Origin: Vampirovibrio sp.
GTDB lineage: Bacteria; Cyanobacteriota; Vampirovibrionia; Vampirovibrionales; JAJTHC01
DNA length: 64,000 nucleotides
Assembly (NCBI GenBank): GCA_050916035.1
Contig: CP050876.1
Location: forward strand, 410,372-474,371
Direction of reading: 5' to 3'
Position numbers and translations under genes: made by a program. The notes under the pieces are model-generated. The model was not told where the DNA came from, did no database searches, and saw only the letters and a list, made by a program, of their open reading frames with translations. Shown one piece after another: positions 50,205 through 58,231 of the stretch (the first letter of the stretch is position 1; each line of letters begins with the position of its first letter).

Positions 50205-50274
50205 CGTAAAGAAATAAAGTGTCTTTTCCAAGTTTCAAGCATCCCCTCGACCCACCAGTCTCGGGGATTTTTTG
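50159..50274 (+). promoter_or_regulatory. alternative antiterminator/terminator structures in the metY leader
   Basis: The terminator is ATCCCC-TC-GAC-CCACCA-GTC-TC-GGGGAT (50241..50268) followed by TTTTTT (50268..50273). GGGTCGAGG (50159..50167) is exactly complementary to CCTCGACCC (50245..50253), which is the 5' arm of the terminator. Confidence 0.5.
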
Positions 50275-50338
50275 AATATCGGATTCTGCCTCAAGGGTGA
50301 ATCCCCCGACCATTGATTAAACCAATAAGGAAGAACTT

Positions 50339-51646
50339 ATGTCTCAGTCCCCTGAAAATACTCATTTTGAAACCACCGCCTTACACGCGGGCTACACGCC
50401 AGATGAAACACATTCACGCGCCGTTCCCCTACACCAAACCACAAGCTACGTCTTTGACAATGCCGAACATGCCGCCAATTTATTTGGTCTAAAAGCCTTT
50501 GGCAACATTTATACTCGGCTCATGAACCCCACCAATGATGTCTTTGAAAAACGCATTGCTGAATTAGAAGGCGGTGTGGCGGCTCTGGCGTTGTCATCTG
50601 GGCATTCTGCGGTCGTTGCCACTATTTTAACCCTTGCCCAAGCAGGAGACCACTTGGTGGCCGCAACAGATTTATACGGCGGGACTTTGAGTTTATTCAC
50701 CCATTCATTAAAGCGTTTAGGCATTAGCGTGACTTTTGTGTCTGCCAATAATATCAGTGAATGGGAAGAAGCCATTCAACCCAATACCAAGCTCTTTTTC
50801 GCGGAAAGCTTGCCGAATCCACGGCTTGAAATTGTGGATCTCGAACCTATTGCAGCCCTTGGTAAAACATACGGGATTCCCTTGGTCGTGGACAATACCA
50901 TTCCCACCCCGTATTTGTTAAAACCCATTGAATTTGGCGCCGCGATTGTTATTCATTCCGCGACGAAATTTATTGGGGGGCAAGGGCTTTCTGTCGGAGG
51001 GGTCATCGTCGACAGTGGGCAATTTGATTGGGCCGGTAGCGGACGCTTCCCCCTATTAACAGAGCCTGAAGCGGCGTACCACGGCCTAAAATTCACCGAA
51101 GCCTTTGGGGCATTGGCCTTTATTTTACGAGCCAGAACCGTCACCTTGCGTGATTTTGGTTTTGCCTTAAGCCCCTTTAATGGCTGGACCTTTATTCAAG
51201 GGCTAGAAACCTTGTCGCTTCGGATTGAACGCCACAGTCAAAATGCACTAAAAGTCGCGCAATGGTTGGAAGTTCACCCTGAAGTCGAATGGGTCAACTA
51301 CCCTGGTTTGGCGTCGAGTCGAACCGCTCACTTAAACGCCAAATATCTACCCAAAGGGCAAGGGGCCGTCTTGGGCTTTGGCGTCAAAAAAGGGGCAAAC
51401 GTGGCAAAAGCATTGGTGGAAAACACGACGCTTGCCAGTCATTTGGCCAATATTGGAGACACCAAAACCCTGATTATTCACCCTGCCAGCACCACCCATA
51501 GTCAACAAACCGAAGCCGAACAACACGCGGCGGGTCTCGCGCCCAATTATGTGCGACTCAGTGTGGGGATTGAACACGTCGACGACATCATCGCCGACTT
51601 GGACCGTGCCTTTCAAAAAGCCACTCAGTCCACCGCAACGGTTTAA
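50339..51646 (+). CDS. metY: O-acetylhomoserine (thiol)-lyase / O-acetylhomoserine sulfhydrylase (Cys/Met-metabolism PLP family)
   Basis: 'TTALHAGYTPDETHSRAVPLHQTTSYVFDNAEHAANLFGLKAFGNIYTRLMNPT' and the PLP-lysine region 'HSATKFIGGQG' are present. Length is 435 aa. Confidence 0.9.
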   Translation: MSQSPENTHFETTALHAGYTPDETHSRAVPLHQTTSYVFDNAEHAANLFGLKAFGNIYTRLMNPTNDVFEKRIAELEGGVAALALSSGHSAVVATILTLAQAGDHLVAATDLYGGTLSLFTHSLKRLGISVTFVSANNISEWEEAIQPNTKLFFAESLPNPRLEIVDLEPIAALGKTYGIPLVVDNTIPTPYLLKPIEFGAAIVIHSATKFIGGQGLSVGGVIVDSGQFDWAGSGRFPLLTEPEAAYHGLKFTEAFGALAFILRARTVTLRDFGFALSPFNGWTFIQGLETLSLRIERHSQNALKVAQWLEVHPEVEWVNYPGLASSRTAHLNAKYLPKGQGAVLGFGVKKGANVAKALVENTTLASHLANIGDTKTLIIHPASTTHSQQTEAEQHAAGLAPNYVRLSVGIEHVDDIIADLDRAFQKATQSTATV

Positions 51647-51668
51647 AAAAGCCGCGCCTTAATTCAAT

Positions 51669-51698
51669 AAAGGGAGGGCGTTTATACACCCTCCTTTT
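51669..51698 (+). terminator. terminator of metY
   Basis: GGAGGG-N10-CCCTCC followed by TTTTT. Confidence 0.5.
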
Positions 51699-51784
51699 TG
51701 CTTTAAAATCCTTTTCAACAAGAACACCAAAATATCGATGAGGTTTTTTCTGTATTATTTTTTAGATACAAGCTACACCAACCG

Positions 51785-52040
51785 ACGTCAACGCACTAAA
51801 TCCGAGCGGGTGAGCGAATGGCGAATCCCCTGCGGATTTTGCGGACGGCCGACGTGAGGGGGTGGAGCAAGCGAAAAGGATGAGAAGGGGGGGAGGATTT
51901 TCAAGGAGGGGGGCAAGAGAAGGAGAGCCGCAACAATTTCCTTTTCTTTCCCCCCCCTCCTTGAACGGATTTAGAGGTGTCAGAGACCTTTTTCCGTGAA
52001 AAGGTCTCTGACGTCACCAGCTCAAAATGAAGCGAGGAAT
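51785..52040. repeat. structured intergenic repeat, copy B (related to 19328..19550)
   Basis: Same block order as copy A. Hairpin 1 is TTCAAGGAGGGGGG...CCCCCCCTCCTTGAA (51900..51965). Hairpin 2 is GGTGTCAGAGACCTTTTTCCGTGAAAAGGTCTCTGACGTCACC (51976..52018). Confidence 0.6.
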
Positions 52041-52258
52041 CCAAAAATAACACCAAGTGACGATTTTAGCTAAAAGACAAAACACTACACGTTTGCTTCT
52101 ACAAGTAACCTAAATTGTTACAATTCATCACCCCTCAACGGCCTCAACGCGTAGGGTCTTCTTGAACTCTTGAGATTTGACCCAATACGCCTTCTTTTTA
52201 TGCTAAGCTAGCAAGCGTCACACCCCTAATCCCTACTAATCTGAGTCTTATTTTTCTT

Positions 52259-53437
52259 ATGCGACCGCTTCAACCCACCCTCCTTCACGCCCCGTTGTTT
52301 CAAAACATGCCGTTAAAAGCGGATGGGTTCGTTCTGACCTATTTTTCTGATTTTTATACGGTGAAGCATCGTGATGGCAGACGCTTAACCTGTAAGCGAA
52401 AAGCCTTACTGAAAAAGCAGGGAATGAGCGTCCGCGTGGGGGACTGGGTGACCCTTGACGTGCATGACAACGACTTGGCTTGGATTACAGGAGTCCTTCC
52501 CCCGCAACAGATTCTAAATAAGCCGTCTATTCACAACATTAGTCATGTGCTGGTGGTTTGTCCGTGGCAGGAACCGTCTTTAGATTTACGTCAAGTGGAC
52601 CGACTCTTAAGCAAGGTACAGCTGGCACAGTTAAACCCTGTTTTGGTCATCACCAAAGCCGACATTCACCCTGAAAAAACAGAAGGGCCCTATCGTCTGG
52701 ATCAATGGCAGGCTTACTATCAACAGGTGGTCGGCGTCCCAACACTCACGACCAGTATTTACAACCCCAGCAGTATTGAAGCGCTCCAACAGACCCTATT
52801 GGCCAAAGGGGCCACATGGGTCGTGGCAGGTGTGAGTGGCGCGGGTAAATCCTCCCTACTGAATATATTAGACCCTCAATTAAAGCTTAAAGTCGACGCC
52901 GTTTCCGCCAAAGGGGGACGAGGCACCCATACCACACGACACACCGAATTACTGGAAACCGCGCAAGGCCTCTTCATCGCCGACACCCCCGGCTTTAGTC
53001 AACTTGATTTTTCGCAAGAGTCTCCGCTCCATTTGGCCGCGACCTTTCCCGAATTCGACGCCTTCACCACGGATTCCCCCTGTGCGTATGAAGACTGTCT
53101 GCATCTACAGGAAGCCGACTGTCGACTGCTTCACGCGCTTGAAACAGGGCATCTACAAAGTAGTCGCTACCAACATTACCGAGAAATGGTCAGTGAAGCC
53201 AAAGCGGGGGAAGAAAATCGATTCCTACAGTCTCAGAAACAAGAAAGCACCACCAAGCTAGGCAAATCCAAAAAAGGAGGGAAACCTATCCACGTGGTCA
53301 AATTAGACGCGGAACAACGCCAAGAAAATCGTAAAGCTTCCCGACAACACTTAAAGCAAATCGAACAACAGATTCAACAACAACAGCGCCACCATACCTT
53401 AGACGAATTAGACGAACGAGAAGGAGACGATTTCTAA
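52259..53437 (+). CDS. rsgA: ribosome small-subunit-dependent GTPase A with charged/Gln-rich C-terminal extension
   Basis: Circularly permuted GTPase motifs: 'VITKADI' (G4) precedes 'AGVSGAGKSSLLN' (G1) and 'DTPGF' (G3). The C-terminal Cys cluster 'CAYEDCLHLQEADC' is a zinc finger. The roughly 80-aa tail is unusual. Confidence 0.8.
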   Translation: MRPLQPTLLHAPLFQNMPLKADGFVLTYFSDFYTVKHRDGRRLTCKRKALLKKQGMSVRVGDWVTLDVHDNDLAWITGVLPPQQILNKPSIHNISHVLVVCPWQEPSLDLRQVDRLLSKVQLAQLNPVLVITKADIHPEKTEGPYRLDQWQAYYQQVVGVPTLTTSIYNPSSIEALQQTLLAKGATWVVAGVSGAGKSSLLNILDPQLKLKVDAVSAKGGRGTHTTRHTELLETAQGLFIADTPGFSQLDFSQESPLHLAATFPEFDAFTTDSPCAYEDCLHLQEADCRLLHALETGHLQSSRYQHYREMVSEAKAGEENRFLQSQKQESTTKLGKSKKGGKPIHVVKLDAEQRQENRKASRQHLKQIEQQIQQQQRHHTLDELDEREGDDF

Positions 53438-53438
53438 A

Positions 53439-54455
53439 ATGGCCTCGTCACTCAGCCACCTATTAACACCTTTGGACTCCAGTCCGACTCCCCCTCACCA
53501 GCACCCTGAATGGTTGGCATGGCGATACGGCACAGCTCAGGCCCAGATCAACACGTGGCTAGAACAAGCGATTGAATCTTCTTGGCAGGCTCAACGTCCT
53601 TTATTAACACAAAACACGGGCCTTGCCCTTCATTTGCCTCGGCTCTGGCAAGCCACCCGCCACGCCACAGTATTAGGAGGCAAACGCATTCGCCCGTTAT
53701 TGTCTCTACTGATTTGGCAAGCGCTCGGGCAAAGCGATGAATCCCCTTTAAAAGGCATTTGTCTCAGTAGTGAATTCATGCACGCCCAAAGTCTGGTTTT
53801 TGATGACTTGCCCTGTATGGACAATGACGATTTCCGCCGAGGGAACCCCACCACCCACAAGGCCTTTGACGAAGCGACCGCTGTTTTAGTTGGGGATGCT
53901 TTGGCGTGCTTTGCCTTTGAATGCCTGATTCAATACAGCCCACAACAGACGAGTGCCCAGCTAGAAGCCTTGGTGGCCCTTACCCAATTTTTGGGAGGCG
54001 TGGGCAGTTTTAAGGGCTTGGTCAACGGTCAATATGCGGATATGTGGAGCGCTCAGTCCCCGAACACCATGGAAGCCCTTCGCTACATTCACGCCCATAA
54101 GACAGGGGCCTTGCTTCGTTATGCGGTAGTCGCGCCTGCTCTACTGGCAGGGGTAACCCCACCCGTGAAAGAAGGCCTTTCCGCTTGGGCGGAATTACTG
54201 GGGCAACTCTTTCAAGCCACGGATGATTTGCTGGATGCCACCGCCTGTTCTGAAACTTTGGGAAAAACCGCGGGCAAAGACGCGGAGCAGAACAAGCTCA
54301 CCTATGTCAGCCTCTTAGGTCTTGAAGGCACGCAGGCAGAGCTACTTCGCTTACATGAAGCAGGCTTACAAGTTTTGGCGGATTTAAAGCCGCGCGGGCT
54401 TCACGTTGAAGCCTTGAGGGAAATACAGGCCTTTATTCTGCAGCGTGGGCATTAG
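53439..54455 (+). CDS. polyprenyl diphosphate synthase (FPP/GGPP synthase family)
   Basis: First aspartate-rich motif 'LVFDDLPCMDNDDFRRG' and second 'FQATDDLLD' are present. There is an N-terminal roughly 40-aa extension. Confidence 0.85.
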   Translation: MASSLSHLLTPLDSSPTPPHQHPEWLAWRYGTAQAQINTWLEQAIESSWQAQRPLLTQNTGLALHLPRLWQATRHATVLGGKRIRPLLSLLIWQALGQSDESPLKGICLSSEFMHAQSLVFDDLPCMDNDDFRRGNPTTHKAFDEATAVLVGDALACFAFECLIQYSPQQTSAQLEALVALTQFLGGVGSFKGLVNGQYADMWSAQSPNTMEALRYIHAHKTGALLRYAVVAPALLAGVTPPVKEGLSAWAELLGQLFQATDDLLDATACSETLGKTAGKDAEQNKLTYVSLLGLEGTQAELLRLHEAGLQVLADLKPRGLHVEALREIQAFILQRGH

Positions 54456-54515
54456 CACATTTGGTGTAAAATATCTAGAGGATAAACCTCAATTTCAACG
54501 GCAAGGACGTTTTTT

Positions 54516-55217
54516 GTGAATAATGCTCAAAAAAATATAGCAGTGAATGAACATTATAAGCCTCTACAAGCAAATATTGAGTTTCATAAACACAGATTAC
54601 AAATGGCATTAGATTGTCAATCCGTTTCAATTGGGTGGTTTTTTAAAATCATCACAGGTTACTTTGCTTTTTTATATGGGATTTTATCTATATCTGATAA
54701 ACTGAACGCCGTTTTTGGACCGTATGGTCAATTGATTGTATTAAGCCTTTGCTTCTTTTCTTCTTTGATTATTTTTTTTCTAGGTATTATGGCCGTTCCT
54801 AATTTGAAAAGTTTAGATGCCCTTATTTGTAACGCTCAAGACGAATTAGATAAAACACTATTTGAACAAATAGAAAAGCAGTCAGATGTTAAAGAATATA
54901 CAGAAGCCTTAAAAGCTAAATATGATAAAGATTTCTTATATAATTCTCATTTTCACATTATTGCTTTAATAGTTGGTATAGTAATACTCGCTTTATCAGT
55001 TTGTATCCTAACATTCTCTAAATTAGGAGATCTCAATATCCCAGATTTAAAAGGGTTCATTTTTTGGGGATGTCTAATTGTTTTTATTGTCGGTTTCGGA
55101 TTGACAGCTTGGTTTATTCGCTCACATACAGATGCTTGTAAATGGTGGGAAAAGAACTTCAACGAAAAAAATAAAACATGGCATGAGTATTTGGAAAAAA
55201 CTAATGGAAAAACATGA
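54516..55217 (+). CDS. hypothetical 4-TM membrane protein encoded in a low-GC island
   Basis: This gene runs at about 33% GC against about 50% in its neighbours. There are four predicted hydrophobic helices. The 3' end overlaps the prfB start by 14 bp. There are no recognisable motifs. Confidence 0.4.
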   Translation: MNNAQKNIAVNEHYKPLQANIEFHKHRLQMALDCQSVSIGWFFKIITGYFAFLYGILSISDKLNAVFGPYGQLIVLSLCFFSSLIIFFLGIMAVPNLKSLDALICNAQDELDKTLFEQIEKQSDVKEYTEALKAKYDKDFLYNSHFHIIALIVGIVILALSVCILTFSKLGDLNIPDLKGFIFWGCLIVFIVGFGLTAWFIRSHTDACKWWEKNFNEKNKTWHEYLEKTNGKT

Positions 55218-56310
55218 ACTCGACACGATATTAAAAGGACTCGCGGAACGGGTGGGCAAAGCCAGCCTCGTGCTGAAAAGCACGGACACGCTCGAAAGAC
55301 TCCACACGCTGGACGCCCAAAGCCAAGCCCCTGACTTGTGGAATGACCCTGCCCACGCCCAAAGCGTCATGCAAGCCCTAACCCACGTCAAAAACACCTT
55401 GGCACAAGCCGACCTATGGCAAGCTCAAATTGAAGACGCCACGGTGATGCTTGAACTGCTGGAAGAAGACCCCAGCCTTGAAGCGGAATTCTTGGCCTTG
55501 GCCAGCGCCTTGACTCACGCCCTGGAAACGTGGGAATTGGAACAAATGCTCGGCGGGGAATATGATGATCACAACGCGCTACTCACCATTAATGCAGGGG
55601 CCGGCGGAACGGACGCGCAAGACTGGGCAGAAATGCTGTTACGGCTCTTTACACGCTGGGGGCAACGCAAAGGCTACAGCGTGGACATCGTCGATCGTCA
55701 TGATGGGGAAGAAGCAGGCATTAAATCCGCCACCTTAAAACTCAAAGGGCGTTATGCCTATGGTTATAGCCGTGCGGAGCATGGGGTGCATCGTTTGGTG
55801 CGGATTTCGCCATTTAACGCCAATGGGAAACGTCAAACCAGTTTTGCCAGTATTGAAGTGGCTCCCTTGGTGGAAGGCGTCGAAGCAGATAGCATCGAAT
55901 TTCGCCCTGAAGAGTTGGAATTTAGTACGGCTCGATCAAGTGGGGCAGGGGGGCAAAACGTCAATAAGGTGGAAACAGCCGTCCGCTTAGTTCATGTGCC
56001 GACAGGCCTTGTGGTTCGTTGTCAACAGGAACGAAGCCAGTTACAAAATAAAGCCATCGCCTTAGACATGCTCCGTTCTAAATTACTGGCCTTAAAAATT
56101 GCAGAACATGACGCCAAAATGGCTGCCGTGAAAGGGGAAGCCTTGTCCGCCAATTTTGGAAGTCAAATTCGAAGCTATGTCTTTGACCCCTATTCTTTGG
56201 TGAAAGACCACCGCACGGGGCATGAAAACAGCAACCTGAACGTGGTCATGGATGGCGATTTGGATCCTTTTATTGAAGCCTATTTAAGGGGCCAACGCTT
56301 AATCAAGTAA
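55204..56310 (+). CDS. prfB: peptide chain release factor 2 (single continuous frame, no programmed +1 frameshift)
   Basis: The 'SPF' stop-codon-recognition tripeptide ('[17 protein letters not shown]') and the 'GGQ' peptidyl-hydrolase motif ('[16 protein letters not shown]') are present. The N-terminus aligns to RF2 without a CUU-UGA-C shift site. The start is set at the ATG at 55204. Confidence 0.85.
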   Translation: MEKHELDTILKGLAERVGKASLVLKSTDTLERLHTLDAQSQAPDLWNDPAHAQSVMQALTHVKNTLAQADLWQAQIEDATVMLELLEEDPSLEAEFLALASALTHALETWELEQMLGGEYDDHNALLTINAGAGGTDAQDWAEMLLRLFTRWGQRKGYSVDIVDRHDGEEAGIKSATLKLKGRYAYGYSRAEHGVHRLVRISPFNANGKRQTSFASIEVAPLVEGVEADSIEFRPEELEFSTARSSGAGGQNVNKVETAVRLVHVPTGLVVRCQQERSQLQNKAIALDMLRSKLLALKIAEHDAKMAAVKGEALSANFGSQIRSYVFDPYSLVKDHRTGHENSNLNVVMDGDLDPFIEAYLRGQRLIK

Positions 56311-56336
56311 ACAAATAACGGGTATGTAACGGATTT

Positions 56337-56365
56337 TTGACAAATGCTTCAAACTAAGGTATAGT
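56337..56365 (+). promoter_or_regulatory. strong sigma70-like promoter (TTGACA-N17-TATAGT) with a roughly 240-nt leader before 56606
   Basis: Perfect -35, 17-nt spacer, near-consensus -10. Confidence 0.5.
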
Positions 56366-56605
56366 CGTTCTTTAGTGTTTGCAAAATGATTGCGTAGACA
56401 ATGCGTTTTTCTCATTTTTTATTTACCAGTAGGTGGCGTGGTCTTCTTCATTCTAAATGTAATCACCATAAGGCACAATTGAGCGTCGTTGCTGGTTTTA
56501 TTCTAGTGTGGCTTATGTGTTTTATCTAAAAGCAATGTTATAGGAGCTACAAGCATCGTTTGGTTGGATGAAGTCCTTTTACAGTCATAGGGTAAACCGT
56601 TTCGC

Positions 56606-58231
56606 ATGATGTCCATACAACAGCACCCCCTAAGCTATCACACCCTGTCGACGCTCAAAGCCGAACAGGATGAATTGAAACACCCTGTTTTGTCGCCCCC
56701 TGTGACCCACATCCAAACACCAATAGATGACCACTCAGCCCCAGAAGACTCTTTTCAAAAAGCACCCCCCCTCGTTTCAACAGAGACCGCCCCTCAAAAA
56801 TTCAGCCTTTTGCATCCGTTTCAACGACCCAAAAAGAAAAAAGACCCCCCTCAAAAATTCGAAATATCGCCTGAATTAGTGGCGTTGGCCGTAGCTGGTT
56901 ATGCCTCTACACTCAATCCCGCTGCCGCCGCAGGCTTAACAGCTAAAATCGACTCACAATTTTTTTGGAACTTTACCATTCTAGACTTTGTAGGCATGGC
57001 ATTCCCTCGCATCTCTCGCTCTCTACAACGAGGCGCCCTACCTTATGATCCCACTCAAGACCCTGAGTCTCAAAAACGCCACGGTTTAGACCGGTGGCGC
57101 TACATTAAACATCAACAAGTCCAAAATGCCAACTGGCTCAACTTACGAGAAGAAATGCTGAGAGAACTCCAAGCCGCCCCAGGTTCATTGTTGGTCCCCA
57201 CCATTGTCTTTAGTCTCGTCCCCTTGTTGAGCCGTCAAAAAGCTTTGAATTGGATGGGACGACGAAGCTTACAAATGTCTCATCACTTGGCAGAACAAGA
57301 AAGTTTAAGTCAACAACATTTTCTAAAAACAAAATCCCCTCGATTGCCCCAGCATGAAAAAGATATTCACGCCTTAGAAGCCTTAGGGCGTGATTATGTC
57401 CGTACGATTTTTAAATCAGTGCCTGAATCACACCTTCACGAAAAGATCGACCTTCACTTTACCGCCAAGACGATTATGGACCCTTACTTTCACATGAGTA
57501 CAGGGCATTTAAAGGCCTTAAAAGCAGGACTCAAAAAAGGGGAGTTGTTTGGACTTCAAGAACAACTGGCCCAAGCCACGACCCTCAATACTAAAACCCC
57601 TTTAACCCTTCAGAACGTCAGCTTGGCTAAAATCATTGAAGAAATTGCGGATACTCAAGGCAAGCTACTCGCCTTTGATGTCAAACATGGGGCGGGATCT
57701 ATTTTCTTTAACCGCAAACGTCGCGGGGAACATGCCTTACTCACCGCGAAAATGCAAGCTCTGTATACCTTAGCCGAACAAAGTACCTTAACACTCAATG
57801 CCCAACACCTTCCCCAGCAACGCATGCATAAAGGGATGACCCTTCTCACCCTTCTGGCAGGACATCAAGCCGAACAAGTGCCTATTTTAGAGCGTTTACG
57901 CCAGCTCGACAAAGGCCGAGATTTATGGACGGCAAGTCTTCGCGAATACTTAAAGCCGAATCAATCCAAGCCATTTGAACAGATTATGGCACAGGCGCTT
58001 GAAAAAATGAAAGCCACCAAGGCGGTCTTAACCTTGGCCGCCTTGACGTGGATGTTAGGTTGGATGTGGTATTTGTCCCATGCCATTCAACGTGGAGAGG
58101 AATACCCCGCGAACCGTTTAGTGTCATTGAGTCTCAAGAAAAAGTCTGAAGAAAAAAATCCCCCTGAAGAAACAGCTCCCCCCTCGCCTAATCTGTATCA
58201 TCAAATCAAAGAAGGAGACTTGGCTTCATGA
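56606..58231 (+). CDS. hypothetical large alpha-helical membrane-anchored protein (first gene of a two-gene operon)
   Basis: 541 aa with no known domain. 'RPKKKKDPPQKFEISP' precedes a hydrophobic segment. A C-terminal transmembrane segment reads 'AVLTLAALTWMLGWMWYL'. It overlaps the next ORF by 4 bp (ATGA). Confidence 0.45.
   Translation: MMSIQQHPLSYHTLSTLKAEQDELKHPVLSPPVTHIQTPIDDHSAPEDSFQKAPPLVSTETAPQKFSLLHPFQRPKKKKDPPQKFEISPELVALAVAGYASTLNPAAAAGLTAKIDSQFFWNFTILDFVGMAFPRISRSLQRGALPYDPTQDPESQKRHGLDRWRYIKHQQVQNANWLNLREEMLRELQAAPGSLLVPTIVFSLVPLLSRQKALNWMGRRSLQMSHHLAEQESLSQQHFLKTKSPRLPQHEKDIHALEALGRDYVRTIFKSVPESHLHEKIDLHFTAKTIMDPYFHMSTGHLKALKAGLKKGELFGLQEQLAQATTLNTKTPLTLQNVSLAKIIEEIADTQGKLLAFDVKHGAGSIFFNRKRRGEHALLTAKMQALYTLAEQSTLTLNAQHLPQQRMHKGMTLLTLLAGHQAEQVPILERLRQLDKGRDLWTASLREYLKPNQSKPFEQIMAQALEKMKATKAVLTLAALTWMLGWMWYLSHAIQRGEEYPANRLVSLSLKKKSEEKNPPEETAPPSPNLYHQIKEGDLAS

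Noticed and set aside
49981-50338. SAM riboswitch (S-box / SAM-II) upstream of metY
   Set aside because: I could not find the conserved S-box core or a SAM-II pseudoknot signature. The Met/Cys-codon leader peptide plus terminator explains the structure better. A covariance-model scan is needed to confirm.
55132-55203. N-terminal 24-codon extension of prfB in the track ORF and a possible programmed frameshift
   Set aside because: No shifty CUU-UGA site or in-frame stop is present. The extension overlaps the upstream gene and precedes the residue block that aligns with RF2 position 1.
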